A stretch of DNA of 54,188 nt. Source: a virus. Its lineage: Duplodnaviria > Caudoviricetes. Shown here piece by piece: positions 7,571 through 17,617 of the stretch. Where the stretch lies: positions 1 through 54,188 of the IMG/VR virus record IMGVR_UViG_3300034220_000043; one strand, written 5' to 3'. A program made the position numbers and the translations under genes. Under the pieces are notes generated by a model. The model searched no databases. It worked only from the letters and a program-made list of their open reading frames with translations, and was not told the origin of the DNA. How positions within the stretch are numbered: the stretch's first letter is position 1; every line of letters begins with the position of its first letter.

Positions 7571-8527
7571 TCAGAGGGGTGCGCGGAGCCGGGCGGCCAG
7601 CTCGTCGGCGACCACGGCCGCGAGCGCGCGCGGGTCCGCGCCCGAGGCGACTGCGGCCTGGCGCAGCGCGGCGGCGAGCTCGTCGAGCCGGGCCAGCACC
7701 GTGCCGCCGGCCGCGATGTCGGCGGGCAGCAGCTCGGGCGCGCCGAGGGCGGCGAGGATCTGGTCGCGGGCGTAGCCGACGTCGACGCGACGGGCCAGGG
7801 CGCCCTCGGCGGTGAGAGCGGCGACCTGGTCATGCACGCCGGCGGTCCGGCCCTCGGTGGCGGCGAGGATCTGCACGGCCGCGACCCGCCCGCCCCAGCT
7901 GTTGGTGACCGCGTGGCCCCAGACGGCCTCGGCGATCTCGGCGGCAGTGGGCATGTCGTCGTCCTCCAGGGGTGCGGCGGCCGGCGGCCGGGGGGTCGGG
8001 CTCGGGGTGGGCGCACCGAGGCGGTCGCTCCAGCGCGCGATCTTGCGCACGGCGTCGTCGCCGTAGAGTTGCGCGGGATGGGTCGGTCCGCGGGACAGCC
8101 CGCCGGGGCCGCCGTTGTAGGCGACGAACCCGCCGCGCACGCCGTACCGGGCGATGTGCCCGGCTAGGATCGAGAACCCGACGGTGACGTTGGCCGTCCA
8201 GTCCCAGCAGCCGCCGAGCCGATCGGCCTCGGCCTGGTAGTCGCGGCTCGTGAGCTGCGTGGGGCCGACGCCCTGCTGGCCGGCGCGGCCGGCGAGCAGC
8301 TCGGTGCGGTAGCGCTCGTAGTCGGCGCGGGTCACCTCGGCGCCGGGCCGGTACAGCACGCCCTTGCCGCGCACGGCGTCGGCGCCCCACACGTTGCGGC
8401 CGCCTCCGGACTCCTTCTCCAGCAGGGTCGCGGCGACCGCGAGGGGCAGCCCCGCGGCGGCGGCCAGCTCGACGACCTCGTCGGCGCGGCGGATGCCCCA
8501 GGCGTCGAGGCTGGTCGCGGCGCTCAC
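7571..8527 (-). CDS. Endolysin (lysozyme/lytic transglycosylase-like)
   Basis: LEKESGG..GVGPTQLT..AYNGG SLT-like motifs, Pro linker, C-terminal helical region. Confidence 0.8.
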   Translation of the reverse strand: MSAATSLDAWGIRRADEVVELAAAAGLPLAVAATLLEKESGGGRNVWGADAVRGKGVLYRPGAEVTRADYERYRTELLAGRAGQQGVGPTQLTSRDYQAEADRLGGCWDWTANVTVGFSILAGHIARYGVRGGFVAYNGGPGGLSRGPTHPAQLYGDDAVRKIARWSDRLGAPTPSPTPRPPAAAPLEDDDMPTAAEIAEAVWGHAVTNSWGGRVAAVQILAATEGRTAGVHDQVAALTAEGALARRVDVGYARDQILAALGAPELLPADIAAGGTVLARLDELAAALRQAAVASGADPRALAAVVADELAARLRAPL

Positions 8528-9036
8528 GCGAGCACCTTCGTGAACCGCAGCCACGACCCGGCTCTGATCGTGGTCGGCGTCCCGCTGCTGGTGTTCTGCG
8601 CGAACTGCAGCTGCACCGCGCCCGCCGTGCCGCCGAGCAGCACGTACCCGCGGGGCAGCGCGACCAGCGCGGACGAGAACGCGGCCGACCCGCCGACCGC
8701 GATGGCCGTGGTGAGCGCGCTGGCCCGCACCGCCGAAGTGTCGCCGATGCTGCCGGTCGTGCCCGTGCCGATCCCGAGCATCGACCAGTGCCCCGACGCG
8801 CCGGCCGGGATGCTGAACGCCGCCCGGAGGTCGCCGGTCTCCCCGGCGTCGTAGGCGAGGTAGCCGTCGATCAGGTACGCGGTGTTCGCCTCCAGCGTCG
8901 CCGCCAGGCCGGTCGCGTTGAGCAGCGTCGTGCTCGAGGTCCGGGACGTGTCGGCCGTGGCGCGGCACAGCACCGGGAACAGGTCGTTGAGGTCGGCGGC
9001 CCGCAGCTTCTGCCCGGCCAGGAACGGCGTCGTCAC
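8524..9036 (-). CDS. Minor tail protein (paralog A)
   Basis: FLAGQKLRAADLN..QFAQNTSS..AGSWLR; end of the tail cluster. Confidence 0.7.
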   Translation of the reverse strand: MTTPFLAGQKLRAADLNDLFPVLCRATADTSRTSSTTLLNATGLAATLEANTAYLIDGYLAYDAGETGDLRAAFSIPAGASGHWSMLGIGTGTTGSIGDTSAVRASALTTAIAVGGSAAFSSALVALPRGYVLLGGTAGAVQLQFAQNTSSGTPTTIRAGSWLRFTKVLA

Positions 9037-9045
9037 GAGGTGCTC

Positions 9046-9552
9046 CTAGGTGATCAGGGTGGCGCGCAGCCAGGACCCGGCGGCGATGGTCAGGGGCGAC
9101 GTGGACGGGACGAGCTGGGCGAACTGGATCTGCAGCGGCCCGCCGAAGGTGGACGTGGCGACGAACGCGTGGATGGGCACCGCGGCCGCGGTGCCGCCAG
9201 CGCAGCCCGCCTGCGACAGGGACCCGCCGACGAGCTCGCGGCGCAGCCACTCGACATCGCCGACCCCGCCGCTGGTGGAGTCGGTGAGCGCCACCCCGGC
9301 CCAGTGCCCGGTCGAGTACAGGGGCACGGACAGGCCGAGGCGCAGGTCGGAGGCTCCGCTCGCCGAGGTGTAGGCGATGTAGCCGTCGATCGCGTAGTTG
9401 CCGAACTCGGCCAGGGGGACGGCCAGCCCGGGGGCGTCGACGACGACGTCGAGGCTGACCACGGACACGTCGGAGCGGACCAGCGTGGTGATAGGCAGCG
9501 CGCGGCGCGCGGTGAACGCGGAGACGGAGAAGCCTGCGGGGAAGCTGGGCAC
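9046..9552 (-). CDS. Minor tail protein (paralog B)
   Basis: Shares YxIDGY.AY, DLR, GHW, QFAQ and AGSWLR with the neighbouring gene. Confidence 0.7.
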   Translation of the reverse strand: MPSFPAGFSVSAFTARRALPITTLVRSDVSVVSLDVVVDAPGLAVPLAEFGNYAIDGYIAYTSASGASDLRLGLSVPLYSTGHWAGVALTDSTSGGVGDVEWLRRELVGGSLSQAGCAGGTAAAVPIHAFVATSTFGGPLQIQFAQLVPSTSPLTIAAGSWLRATLIT

Positions 9553-9562
9553 CGGATCCCTC

Positions 9563-12500
9563 TCAGATCGACGTCACGTAGAGATCGGTCAGGTTGGGCC
9601 GGTACACGGCGACGACGAGGCCCGTCGTGAGGGCCTTCGGGGTGGCCGCCACGGTGAAGGTCTGCGGGCTCGATGCCCCGGAGCAGGCGGTGACCTGGAC
9701 GACGACGCCCCCGACCTCGACCTGCAGCGGGTAGTCGTCAGCGACGGTGGACCACAGCGGATCCCCGGCCGGGGTGGCGACCGACAGCGAAGTCGCGCCG
9801 GCGGCGGCCGGGCTGGCGATCGTCGACGTGCCGCTGTCCGCGGCCCGGAGCACGAACTCCCCGATGTCGCCGGTCGGTTCGGCGACGATCCCTACCCGCC
9901 ACGGCTCGTACGGGGCGCAGTTCGCGACGACGTCCCAGCGCAGCTGGTCGAGCCGCTCTGTCCAGCCCTCCACGATCTGGGAGACGGTGCCGGCGGGGTG
10001 CTGGGTGCGGACGGTGTCGATGCCGGTGACGTCGATCCGGGAGGCGAGGGTGATCGTCAGCCAGTCGTCGGCGAGGTCGGGGTTGCGGGCGAGGTCCAGC
10101 TGCAGGCGGGGGTGGCGGTAGCCCTCGACAGTGCCGCGGGCGAGCCGGATCCCGGCGATGTTCGACACCCCAGTGGAGTAGAACCCGGACACGTCGAGGC
10201 TGGTGTCGTAGACGCCGATGGCTGCCGTGCCCATGGGCCCGTCGGTGTCCTCGGCGGTGAACTCCCCGCCGCGGCGGCTGGTGGTGGTCACGCGGTTCCG
10301 CACGCCCTGGTCGTCGAGGACCGGCTCCAGCGCGCGGGCGAGCTGGGCCACGTCGAGGGTCAGGGCCGGGGCCTCGGAGGAGCGGGCGATGAACGTGACG
10401 TAGGTGAGCCCGGCCGACAGGCCGTCGTGGATGACGCCGCCGTCGGCGGTGTCGACCTCGCGGATCAGGGGCAGGAGCTGGTCGACGGGCTGCGCGGCCA
10501 TGGGCTGGCCGCCGGTGCCGATGATCTCCAGCTCGATCCCGGCCTCGTCGCACAGCCGCTGGAGGCGGGGGCCGTTGCTCTCCCCGAGGCGGGCGTTGAA
10601 CGCGGGCTGGTCGGTCACCGCGCTGGTGATGGCGTCCTCGACGGTGATGTGCCCGATGACGGTGTCGGTGATCAGCCCGCCGGGGTTGATCGCGACGGCG
10701 GTGGCGCGGCCGATGGTGTCGCTGGCGACGGTCCCCGAGATCAGGCCGCCGCCGCCGGAGAACGCCTCGACGGGGACGACGCGCAGCGTGTAGTCGACGT
10801 CGGCGCCGTCCTGCGAGAGCTGCAGGGAGATCCGGCGGCGGGTGTTGTCGCTGTTGAACGCGCCGTTGGCGGAGAACGCGAGCGCCCCGGCGGTGTCGTA
10901 GGCCTCCAGGTCGAGCGCGCCGCCGACCTGGTAGCGGACGTCCCAGCGGGCGAGGGTGCCCGTCGTGTAGACCGAGAACAGGGTCTCCTCGGTGGTGGCG
11001 GCGCCGGCGGCGGGGATGCCGAGCAGCATCCGGACCTGCACCTGGCCGGTGGCCGCGTGGTCGGGGACGACACCGCGCCACACGGTGCCGTTCACCTCGG
11101 GCAGCGGGCGCGAGCAGAGGAAGTCGTCGCTGTTGGCCGCCCACTTCGGGTACGGGAACTCGGCGTCACCGGTGATGGTCATCGCGCCCACGCCGGGCAG
11201 GCCGGGCGCGATGCTCGTCGACCCGGGCGGGTCCTCGCACGGCCAGTACGCGCGGACCCCGACCCCTGCCGCGGCCGAGGCGAGCACGGAGCGGCGCAGC
11301 GTCGACAGGACGGGCGCGTTGCCCTGCTTCAGCCGGCGCGTCACCCCGGCCGCCTCCAGGGCCACGGTCGCGTCGCGGCCGGTGGAGTCCCACTGCGGGG
11401 TGAACCCGACGGCGTACCCCTGGAAGCGGGTGCTCCAGCTGGTGCCGTTGTCGAGGCTGACGCGGACCCGGACGGGCGTGTTGCGGCGCACGTTGGGCCA
11501 GTTCGGGCTCTGCCCGCCGAGGCTGTAGAGGCCGGCCCGGTTGTCGAGGGTGAGGTTGCAGGTGGCGGGCTGCGGGGCGGCGGCCTCGTCGCTGCGGCCG
11601 ATGGTGATGGTGATCCGGTCGTCGTAGCGGACGTCGGAGGCGATGTCGGTCCACGTCCAGGTGTCGGGGTCAGCGGCGAGGTCGGCGCCCCACGCGATCT
11701 CCACGGACAGCCGGCCCTGCGCGAGGTGGTCGGGCAGCAGCACGACCCCGGTCCCGAGGGGGACCTGCACGGTGGGCTGGCGCGCGAGGCCGGTGCCGGA
11801 CGCGTGGCCGGCGCTCGCCCTGGTCGCGGTGGCGGCGCCGACGGGCTGGTGCGCGATCCCGGTGCCGGACGCGTGCCCGGCCGGGGCAGTGGTGATGGCG
11901 AGGGTGGTGACCGTGGGCTGGTGCGCGGTCCCGGTGCCGGTGGCCTGGCCGGCGACGGGCCGGACGGACGCGGCAGGCGCGCGGGCGGTGCCGGTACCTG
12001 CGGCGTGCCCTGCTGGGGCGGTTGTGGCGCCGGTCGTGGACACGGCGGGCTGGGAGGCGGTGCCGGTGCCCGATGCGTGCCCGGCCGCGGGCCGGACGGC
12101 GGCCGTGGCGGCGGCGGCGGTGCCCGTCCCGGAGGCGTGGCCGGCTGGGGCGGTGGTGGCGCCGGCGGCGGGCGGTACAGCGATCGTCCAGACGACGTGG
12201 TCCTCGGCGGTCGCTGTCCACGCGCCAGGGTCCTCGGTCGCCGCGGTGACAGTGCGCTCCGCGGTCTGCGTGCCCGCGCCCGAAGGGCCGCCCGCGGCCG
12301 TCGTCAGGTTCGCGTACCCGGACGGCGCGGCGGACGCGGACGAGGCGGCCTCGCGCCCGTAGGCGGTGATCCACAGGTAGTCGCGGGACCCGCCGGGCGG
12401 GGTGAGCGATGGCGGGTCGGGGTTCGCCGAGGTCCCGGCCCCGCTGGCCGCGTAGACGTCCTCCGCGGCCGCAGCGGCGTCGACGGCGAGGACGACGTAC

Positions 12501-12772
12501 GTGCCCTCCTCGGCGAACGACAGGTCGACGGTCAGCGCGGTGAGGGTGACGCCGGGGCGCTTGTAGAACAGCGCGCCACCAACCGGGCCGGCACTCGCCT
12601 CCGCGATCTTCGACCAGCCGGCCGAGGCGGTAGACGCAGTCGGCGCGGAGTCCCACGTGGTGACGACCAGGACACCGCGGGCTGTGGTGGCCCCGGCGGG
12701 CATCGTGATGGCGTGCGTGCTCGACGAGGCGAGAGCACTGGACGCGAGCCGGTCGGCGACGGTGGGCGCCAT
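9563..12772 (-). CDS. Large minor tail / tail-tip protein (1069 aa)
   Basis: Follows the tape measure; WTDI..VR..ITIGRSDE..LTLDNR.G.Y and AYWPCED motifs; N-terminal AGHASGTG repeats. Confidence 0.8.
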   Translation of the reverse strand: MAPTVADRLASSALASSSTHAITMPAGATTARGVLVVTTWDSAPTASTASAGWSKIAEASAGPVGGALFYKRPGVTLTALTVDLSFAEEGTYVVLAVDAAAAAEDVYAASGAGTSANPDPPSLTPPGGSRDYLWITAYGREAASSASAAPSGYANLTTAAGGPSGAGTQTAERTVTAATEDPGAWTATAEDHVVWTIAVPPAAGATTAPAGHASGTGTAAAATAAVRPAAGHASGTGTASQPAVSTTGATTAPAGHAAGTGTARAPAASVRPVAGQATGTGTAHQPTVTTLAITTAPAGHASGTGIAHQPVGAATATRASAGHASGTGLARQPTVQVPLGTGVVLLPDHLAQGRLSVEIAWGADLAADPDTWTWTDIASDVRYDDRITITIGRSDEAAAPQPATCNLTLDNRAGLYSLGGQSPNWPNVRRNTPVRVRVSLDNGTSWSTRFQGYAVGFTPQWDSTGRDATVALEAAGVTRRLKQGNAPVLSTLRRSVLASAAAGVGVRAYWPCEDPPGSTSIAPGLPGVGAMTITGDAEFPYPKWAANSDDFLCSRPLPEVNGTVWRGVVPDHAATGQVQVRMLLGIPAAGAATTEETLFSVYTTGTLARWDVRYQVGGALDLEAYDTAGALAFSANGAFNSDNTRRRISLQLSQDGADVDYTLRVVPVEAFSGGGGLISGTVASDTIGRATAVAINPGGLITDTVIGHITVEDAITSAVTDQPAFNARLGESNGPRLQRLCDEAGIELEIIGTGGQPMAAQPVDQLLPLIREVDTADGGVIHDGLSAGLTYVTFIARSSEAPALTLDVAQLARALEPVLDDQGVRNRVTTTSRRGGEFTAEDTDGPMGTAAIGVYDTSLDVSGFYSTGVSNIAGIRLARGTVEGYRHPRLQLDLARNPDLADDWLTITLASRIDVTGIDTVRTQHPAGTVSQIVEGWTERLDQLRWDVVANCAPYEPWRVGIVAEPTGDIGEFVLRAADSGTSTIASPAAAGATSLSVATPAGDPLWSTVADDYPLQVEVGGVVVQVTACSGASSPQTFTVAATPKALTTGLVVAVYRPNLTDLYVTSI

Positions 12773-14946
12773 CAGGCGCTCGCGACCTGGAGCTGAAGCT
12801 CGCCGGAGCGCTGCATCCGCATGAGGAGGTCGGCGAACGCGCCGGACGCGCCGCCGCCCACGACGAGCTCGACCCGCAGCACGCCGCCGCCCGCGGCGCT
12901 GCTCGCGGGGGGAGCGGCCTGCTGAGGCACACCGGGGCCGCCGGGCAGCGCGACGGCCGGCAGGGACACGCCGAGGGCGACCTGCGCGCCGCCGAGGACG
13001 TCCCGGGCGGCGCCGACCACGTCGGGCAGCCCGGCGCGGATCGCCGCGGCGAAGTCGCCGACCAGGGCCTCGCCGGAGCGGTCGACGTACCCGGACCCGG
13101 AGAACGGCCCCTCCTTCGCCGGGCTGAACGGGAACAGGCGGCGGACCGCGCCGAGGCCGACCTGCACGGCGGCGACGGCGCCGTTGAAGGCGCGCCGGAT
13201 CCCGTCGGCGAAGGAGTCGATCATGCGGCGGCCGGAGTCGGCGAGGATGCCGGGCAGCCCGGCCAGGAAGCCGCGGATCTTCCCCGGCAGGTCGCGGAAG
13301 AACCCAGCGACCCCGTCGAGCTTGTCCCGGATGCTCGTGCGGAAGCCCTCGGTCTTCTCCTTCATGGTGTCGAAGTCGCCGGTCAGCGCGGCCGCGGCCA
13401 GCGACAGGATGTCGATCAAGCCCTGGACGATCGGCGTGCAACCCTCGATCGCCCCCGCCAGGAACTCCAGCACCGGCAGCGCCGCCTCGGCCCCGGCAAC
13501 GAACAGCGGGAACGCGGCCAGCGCGAGTTCGAGGATCTGCGGGATCAGCGGCAGCACGGCCAGCAGGACCCGGGTGATGACGGCGACGAGCCGGTCGAGC
13601 AGGCCGGAGTCGACGAGCTGGGTGATCGCCCCGGTGAGGAACTCCCCGAAGGCCGTGGCGATCTCGACGAGCACGGGGGACAGCGCGATGAGCGCGGTCG
13701 CGAGCGCGCCGCCGACGACGCCGGCCAGCTGGACGAAGGCGTCGAGCAGGCCGGAGTCGACGAGCGCGGTGACCAGGCTGGTGAGCAGGGTCCCGACGGT
13801 GGCGATCAGGCCGGAGTCGACGAGGCTGGCCTGGAAGGCCTCGGCCAGGGCGACGACGACCGGCGCGAGCGCGCTGATCAGGGGGAACACCGCGGTCAGG
13901 GCCGCGATCAGGACCTCACCCATGGCGCCGGACACCGCGCGCATCGCCTCGCCCAGGGCGCCGAGCGCGGCCTGCGCCTCCTCGGTGTTCAGGGCCTCGC
14001 GCAGCGCGGCGGACAGCTCGACCAGGCCGTCGAGGAACACGCTGAAGTCCTCGCCGCCGGCCAGGCCGCGGAACACGGCGGAGAGGATGCCGCCGACGTT
14101 CGCGGCGACCTCGCCGAGCTGGCGCAGCGCGACGAGCGCCCGGTCGATCATCTCCTGGATCGAGCCGTCCTCGACGCCGGAGTCCACCCACTCCCGGAAC
14201 CGCCGCGCGACGTCGCCGATCGCCTCGCCCAGCGCGGGCAGGTAGGTCGAGCCGACGCCGCCGAGCCCGACGAACCCGGACACGAGGTCGGCGACCGAGC
14301 CCTCCATGCCGACGAACGCCCCGCGTGTGTTCTCCAGGATGGCGGTGAGGTCGTCCTGGAAGAACGGGTTGCGCATCGCCTCGACGGCCTGGCGGCCCAT
14401 CTCGCCCATGGCGCCGGCGATCCCGGACAGCCCCGTCTGCAGGATGGGCATGAGCACGGTGCCGGTGCGCTCGATCTGGGTGGCGAACCCGCGGAAGAAC
14501 TCGCCCTGGACCGAGCGCCGCAGGTCGTCGAAGGCCGGCCTCAGGTCGCGCACCGCGGAGGCTGCCTCGACGGCGGCCGGGGCCATGTCCTTCGTGGCCT
14601 CGGCGAACGCGGCCGGGTCGGCCGCCGCGATCGCCTCGCCGAACCCGTCGGTGGCGAGCTTGAAGGTCTGCATCGCGGCGGCCCCGGCGAGCAGCGCCCC
14701 GGGCAGGATCAGCGCGGCGGGCGCCGCCGTGGCGAGCGCGGTGCCCAGCCCGCCGATGGTGCTGACCGCGCCCGACGCGGCGGAGATCCCGGCCAGCCCC
14801 TTCACCACCGAGCCGAGGGGCCCGGCCGCCGACCCGGCCGCCGAGCCCATGCCGCGCGCCCCGGCCGCGATGCCGGACATCGTGCGGGAGGCGAGGTCCC
14901 GCACGATCACGCGGATCTCGACGTCGTTACCGCCCGGTGAGCTCAC
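12772..14946 (-). CDS. Tape measure protein (724 aa)
   Basis: Long Ala/Gly/Leu helical protein after the chaperones; PFSPAKEGPFSG motif. Confidence 0.9.
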   Translation of the reverse strand: MSSPGGNDVEIRVIVRDLASRTMSGIAAGARGMGSAAGSAAGPLGSVVKGLAGISAASGAVSTIGGLGTALATAAPAALILPGALLAGAAAMQTFKLATDGFGEAIAAADPAAFAEATKDMAPAAVEAASAVRDLRPAFDDLRRSVQGEFFRGFATQIERTGTVLMPILQTGLSGIAGAMGEMGRQAVEAMRNPFFQDDLTAILENTRGAFVGMEGSVADLVSGFVGLGGVGSTYLPALGEAIGDVARRFREWVDSGVEDGSIQEMIDRALVALRQLGEVAANVGGILSAVFRGLAGGEDFSVFLDGLVELSAALREALNTEEAQAALGALGEAMRAVSGAMGEVLIAALTAVFPLISALAPVVVALAEAFQASLVDSGLIATVGTLLTSLVTALVDSGLLDAFVQLAGVVGGALATALIALSPVLVEIATAFGEFLTGAITQLVDSGLLDRLVAVITRVLLAVLPLIPQILELALAAFPLFVAGAEAALPVLEFLAGAIEGCTPIVQGLIDILSLAAAALTGDFDTMKEKTEGFRTSIRDKLDGVAGFFRDLPGKIRGFLAGLPGILADSGRRMIDSFADGIRRAFNGAVAAVQVGLGAVRRLFPFSPAKEGPFSGSGYVDRSGEALVGDFAAAIRAGLPDVVGAARDVLGGAQVALGVSLPAVALPGGPGVPQQAAPPASSAAGGGVLRVELVVGGGASGAFADLLMRMQRSGELQLQVASA

Positions 14947-15157
14947 CCTCGGCCTCCTTCCCCAGCGCCTCGATGTTGATCAGCTGCAGTAGCTCGGCCG
15001 GCTGGTCGAGCACCTCGTGCGGCCACTTGCCGAACCGCTCCGCGATCCGGCACAGCAGCTCGGCGTGTGCTAGGCCGCCGGGCTTGCCGACAGGGGTTCC
15101 ATCGGCAGCGATCCCTCCAGGGACGGCCCTCCACCGCTCGATGGCTCCGGCAAAGGG
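14927..15157 (-). CDS. Tail assembly chaperone, -1 frameshift extension (gpGT-like)
   Basis: Slippery C CCT TTG at 15157-15151; the -1 frame reads ...AELLCRIAERFGKWPHEVLDQPAELLQLINIEALG...* to 14927. Confidence 0.7.
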   Translation of the reverse strand, partial: PFAGAIERWRAVPGGIAADGTPVGKPGGLAHAELLCRIAERFGKWPHEVLDQPAELLQLINIEALGKEAEGELTGR

Positions 15158-15507
15158 GCCGGGACGTCGGACACCGCCTTCTGCCAGGCGGTGAGGATCC
15201 GCATGACCTGCCCGGTGTCGACCTGCAGCAGCCCGTCGAGGTTGGCTGGGGTCGGCTCGCCGGGCTTGACCTCCAGGTCCCAGGACAGGAGGACGTCGGC
15301 GAACTTCTCCAGCACCGGCCGCATCTTCGCCATCTGCGCGAGCACCCCGGCCTGGCCGGCGGGGTTGTCGTCGATCGCGGCGGCCAGCTCGCCCATGTCC
15401 AGGACCATCCCGATGGGCGCCGAGCGGGCCCGGACGGTGAGCCCGTCCAGCTCGGCGTCGCCGGTGAAGTCGAGGACGTACACCTTGCCCCGCGGCGTGA
15501 ACCCCAC
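15070..15507 (-). CDS. Tail assembly chaperone (gpG-like)
   Basis: Lies between the tail tube and tape measure genes; LLSWDLE motif. Confidence 0.75.
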   Translation of the reverse strand: MGFTPRGKVYVLDFTGDAELDGLTVRARSAPIGMVLDMGELAAAIDDNPAGQAGVLAQMAKMRPVLEKFADVLLSWDLEVKPGEPTPANLDGLLQVDTGQVMRILTAWQKAVSDVPAPLPEPSSGGGPSLEGSLPMEPLSASPAA

Positions 15508-15509
15508 GG

Positions 15510-15917
15510 TCAGCTCCAGGTCGGGACGGTGCCGTCGGCGAGCACGCCGGGGGCCGTCCAGGTCAGGGCGCCGTCGTTGCCGCGCTTCAGCTGGTAGTCG
15601 GTGAACAGGCACTCGTTCACCAGGGTCTGCCCGGACACGCCGAGCGACACCGTGCGGGCGACCTGCGTCGAGGGCACCGTCTTCAGCACCGCGTGCGACG
15701 CACCGGCGGCGTCGTTGAACACCCCGTTCAGCGTGATGCTGAAGTCGGCGAGCAGCAGCAGCCGCTCGTACGCCGACTTGTCCACCCCGGTGACGTCCTG
15801 CACCCCGCGCGGGGTGGCGAACTCGAAGTCGGTCACGTCGTTCTTGATGGCCTGCGGGCTGCCCGACGCGTCGTCGACGGTCAGCGTGGTCCAGCCGAGG
15901 CCGGTCTCCTTCGCCAT
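15510..15917 (-). CDS. Major tail (tube) protein
   Basis: MAKETGLG..QDVTGVDKSAYERL..; position before the chaperone. Confidence 0.75.
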   Translation of the reverse strand: MAKETGLGWTTLTVDDASGSPQAIKNDVTDFEFATPRGVQDVTGVDKSAYERLLLLADFSITLNGVFNDAAGASHAVLKTVPSTQVARTVSLGVSGQTLVNECLFTDYQLKRGNDGALTWTAPGVLADGTVPTWS

Positions 15918-15926
15918 GATCTGGTC

Positions 15927-16352
15927 CTATCCCCGCTGAGCTGCGGTGTTGAGGCGGTCCTGGTTGGTCGCGAAGTCGTCGACCCACGCGTCCGGGGAGG
16001 CGTGCACGACGCGGTGGCGCAGCGGGTTCCCGCGGGCGTCGCCGCCGCGCACGACGTACAGCGGGGCCCGGCCGACCTCGACGCGGTGGGTGGCGGCGGC
16101 GAAGCACGCCTGGCCGGGCTCGAACACCAGCCACGTCTCGCCGGGCGCCAGCTGCTGCTCGACGTAGCGGCGGCCCGAGGTGCGGGCGGCGTGCGCCAGC
16201 TCGGGGGTGAGGCCCTCGACGCGGGTGCGCCAGCCCTGCAGGTGCGCCGGGCAGGCGACCTCGGCGCAGCTCGCCGGGCGCCAGTGCGTGGCGGCCGGGC
16301 GCTGGATGGCGTACGTCAGCATCTGGTCCGGCCGCAGCCGCGGGCGCATCAC
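15927..16352 (-). CDS. Hypothetical protein in the tail cluster
   Basis: Coupled ORF with Cys/His motif (SCAEVAC..H..GW). Confidence 0.7.
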   Translation of the reverse strand: MMRPRLRPDQMLTYAIQRPAATHWRPASCAEVACPAHLQGWRTRVEGLTPELAHAARTSGRRYVEQQLAPGETWLVFEPGQACFAAATHRVEVGRAPLYVVRGGDARGNPLRHRVVHASPDAWVDDFATNQDRLNTAAQRG

Positions 16353-17074
16353 GCCGCACCGCGCACGAGCAGGACGTGGAACTGGGCGTTGGTGAAGGTG
16401 CCGGTGGTGACGACCCGCAGGTAGCGGCGCACCGCGGCGTCGCGGGCGGTCGCGATCCGCTGGCTCGTGATGCCGGCGGCCGGGGTGAACGCGGCCCCGG
16501 CGAGCGCGGCCCAGGTGGAGCCGTTCGCGGAGTCCTCGACCGCGACGGTGACGCTGGTCCCGGTCAGCGCGAACACGTGGAGGTAGGCGACCAGCCCGAA
16601 CGCCGTCGCCGCGCCGCCGTCGACGGTGCCGCCAGCCGTGGCGGTCGTGTCGGTGCGGATCCCGGGGGTGGCCTGCTCACCCCACTCGACGGCGTACCCG
16701 TCGGCGACCTGCATGGACACCTCGAACGACAGGGCGCCGTCGTTCCCGCGCTTGCCGGCGTAGTCGACCTGCTTGCCCACGAGCCCGGCGGCCGGCCCGC
16801 CGAGCGCGGTGCCGCGGCAGTAGGTGAGCACCTGGCTGCCGGTCGGCAGGCTGGAGAGCCGGTCGTGCGCGCGGTCGGTGCCGGGGTTGAACCAGGCGCT
16901 GTACTCGAACCGGCCGTCGATGAGGCCGCCGAGGCGCTCGTGCCCGCTCTTGTCGATGCCGGTGACGTCCATGGCGGCGGGGCCGCCGCCGATGTTGCCG
17001 AGGGCGCCGATGTCGCCGGACAGGTCGTAGCCGGCGACGAACAGCCGGTCCCCGAGGCCGCTCTGCTTGGTCAT
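16349..17074 (-). CDS. Tail-tube-like structural protein
   Basis: MTKQSGLG..DVTGIDKSGHERL..KRGNDGAL resembles 15510-15917, plus an extra C-terminal domain. Confidence 0.7.
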   Translation of the reverse strand: MTKQSGLGDRLFVAGYDLSGDIGALGNIGGGPAAMDVTGIDKSGHERLGGLIDGRFEYSAWFNPGTDRAHDRLSSLPTGSQVLTYCRGTALGGPAAGLVGKQVDYAGKRGNDGALSFEVSMQVADGYAVEWGEQATPGIRTDTTATAGGTVDGGAATAFGLVAYLHVFALTGTSVTVAVEDSANGSTWAALAGAAFTPAAGITSQRIATARDAAVRRYLRVVTTGTFTNAQFHVLLVRGAA

Positions 17075-17076
17075 GA

Positions 17077-17460
17077 TCAGGAGTCCTCTCGCGGGGGGAC
17101 GAGCGGGGAGGCGCACCGCAGCTCGCCGTAGGCCTGGCGCATGACCTCGAACGTGCGCTGGTACTGCTCCCGGGCCGGGCCCTCGGGCCGGGTGGAGGGG
17201 TCGTAGCCGCCCACCACCAGCGCGAACACGGGACAGAGCGAGCGCTGGGTCAGGCTCTCCAGCGCGTCGGCGGTCTGGCGCTGCTGCCACACGACCCAGC
17301 CGATGAGGCCGACGAGCAGCAGCAGCACCGCGGCGGCGGTCGCGGCGCGGATGGACACCTTCTCGGCGCGGGCGGTGCGCGCGCCGAGCTGCACGACGGC
17401 GAGGCGGAGCTGCTTCACCTCGTCGCGGAGGTCGTCGGCGCTGCGGGCGAGGTCACTCAC
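17077..17460 (-). CDS. Membrane protein (possible lysis accessory)
   Basis: Coiled coil followed by a TM helix and two Cys. Confidence 0.65.
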   Translation of the reverse strand: MSDLARSADDLRDEVKQLRLAVVQLGARTARAEKVSIRAATAAAVLLLLVGLIGWVVWQQRQTADALESLTQRSLCPVFALVVGGYDPSTRPEGPAREQYQRTFEVMRQAYGELRCASPLVPPREDS

Positions 17461-17617
17461 TGGGGTCGTCCTCCGTGCTGGGTGGGGTGCGGTGCGCGGC
17501 CACCTCGGCGAGCAGCTCCGCGGTGAAGTGGTCCAGGCGGTCGACCACGTCGACGAGCTGCCCTCGGAGGCGCTCGCGGTCGGCGATCACCAGGTCGGTG
17601 GTCTCGCTGCTGCTCAT
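17453..17617 (-). CDS. Small hypothetical protein (54 aa)
   Basis: ATGA coupling; MSSSETTDLVIADRERLRGQL; fills the gap between neighbours. Confidence 0.6.
   Translation of the reverse strand: MSSSETTDLVIADRERLRGQLVDVVDRLDHFTAELLAEVAAHRTPPSTEDDPSE

Noticed and set aside
8524-12772. Diversity-generating retroelement or invertible tail-fibre switch
   Set aside because: No reverse transcriptase, no near-identical TR/VR pair and no invertase seen
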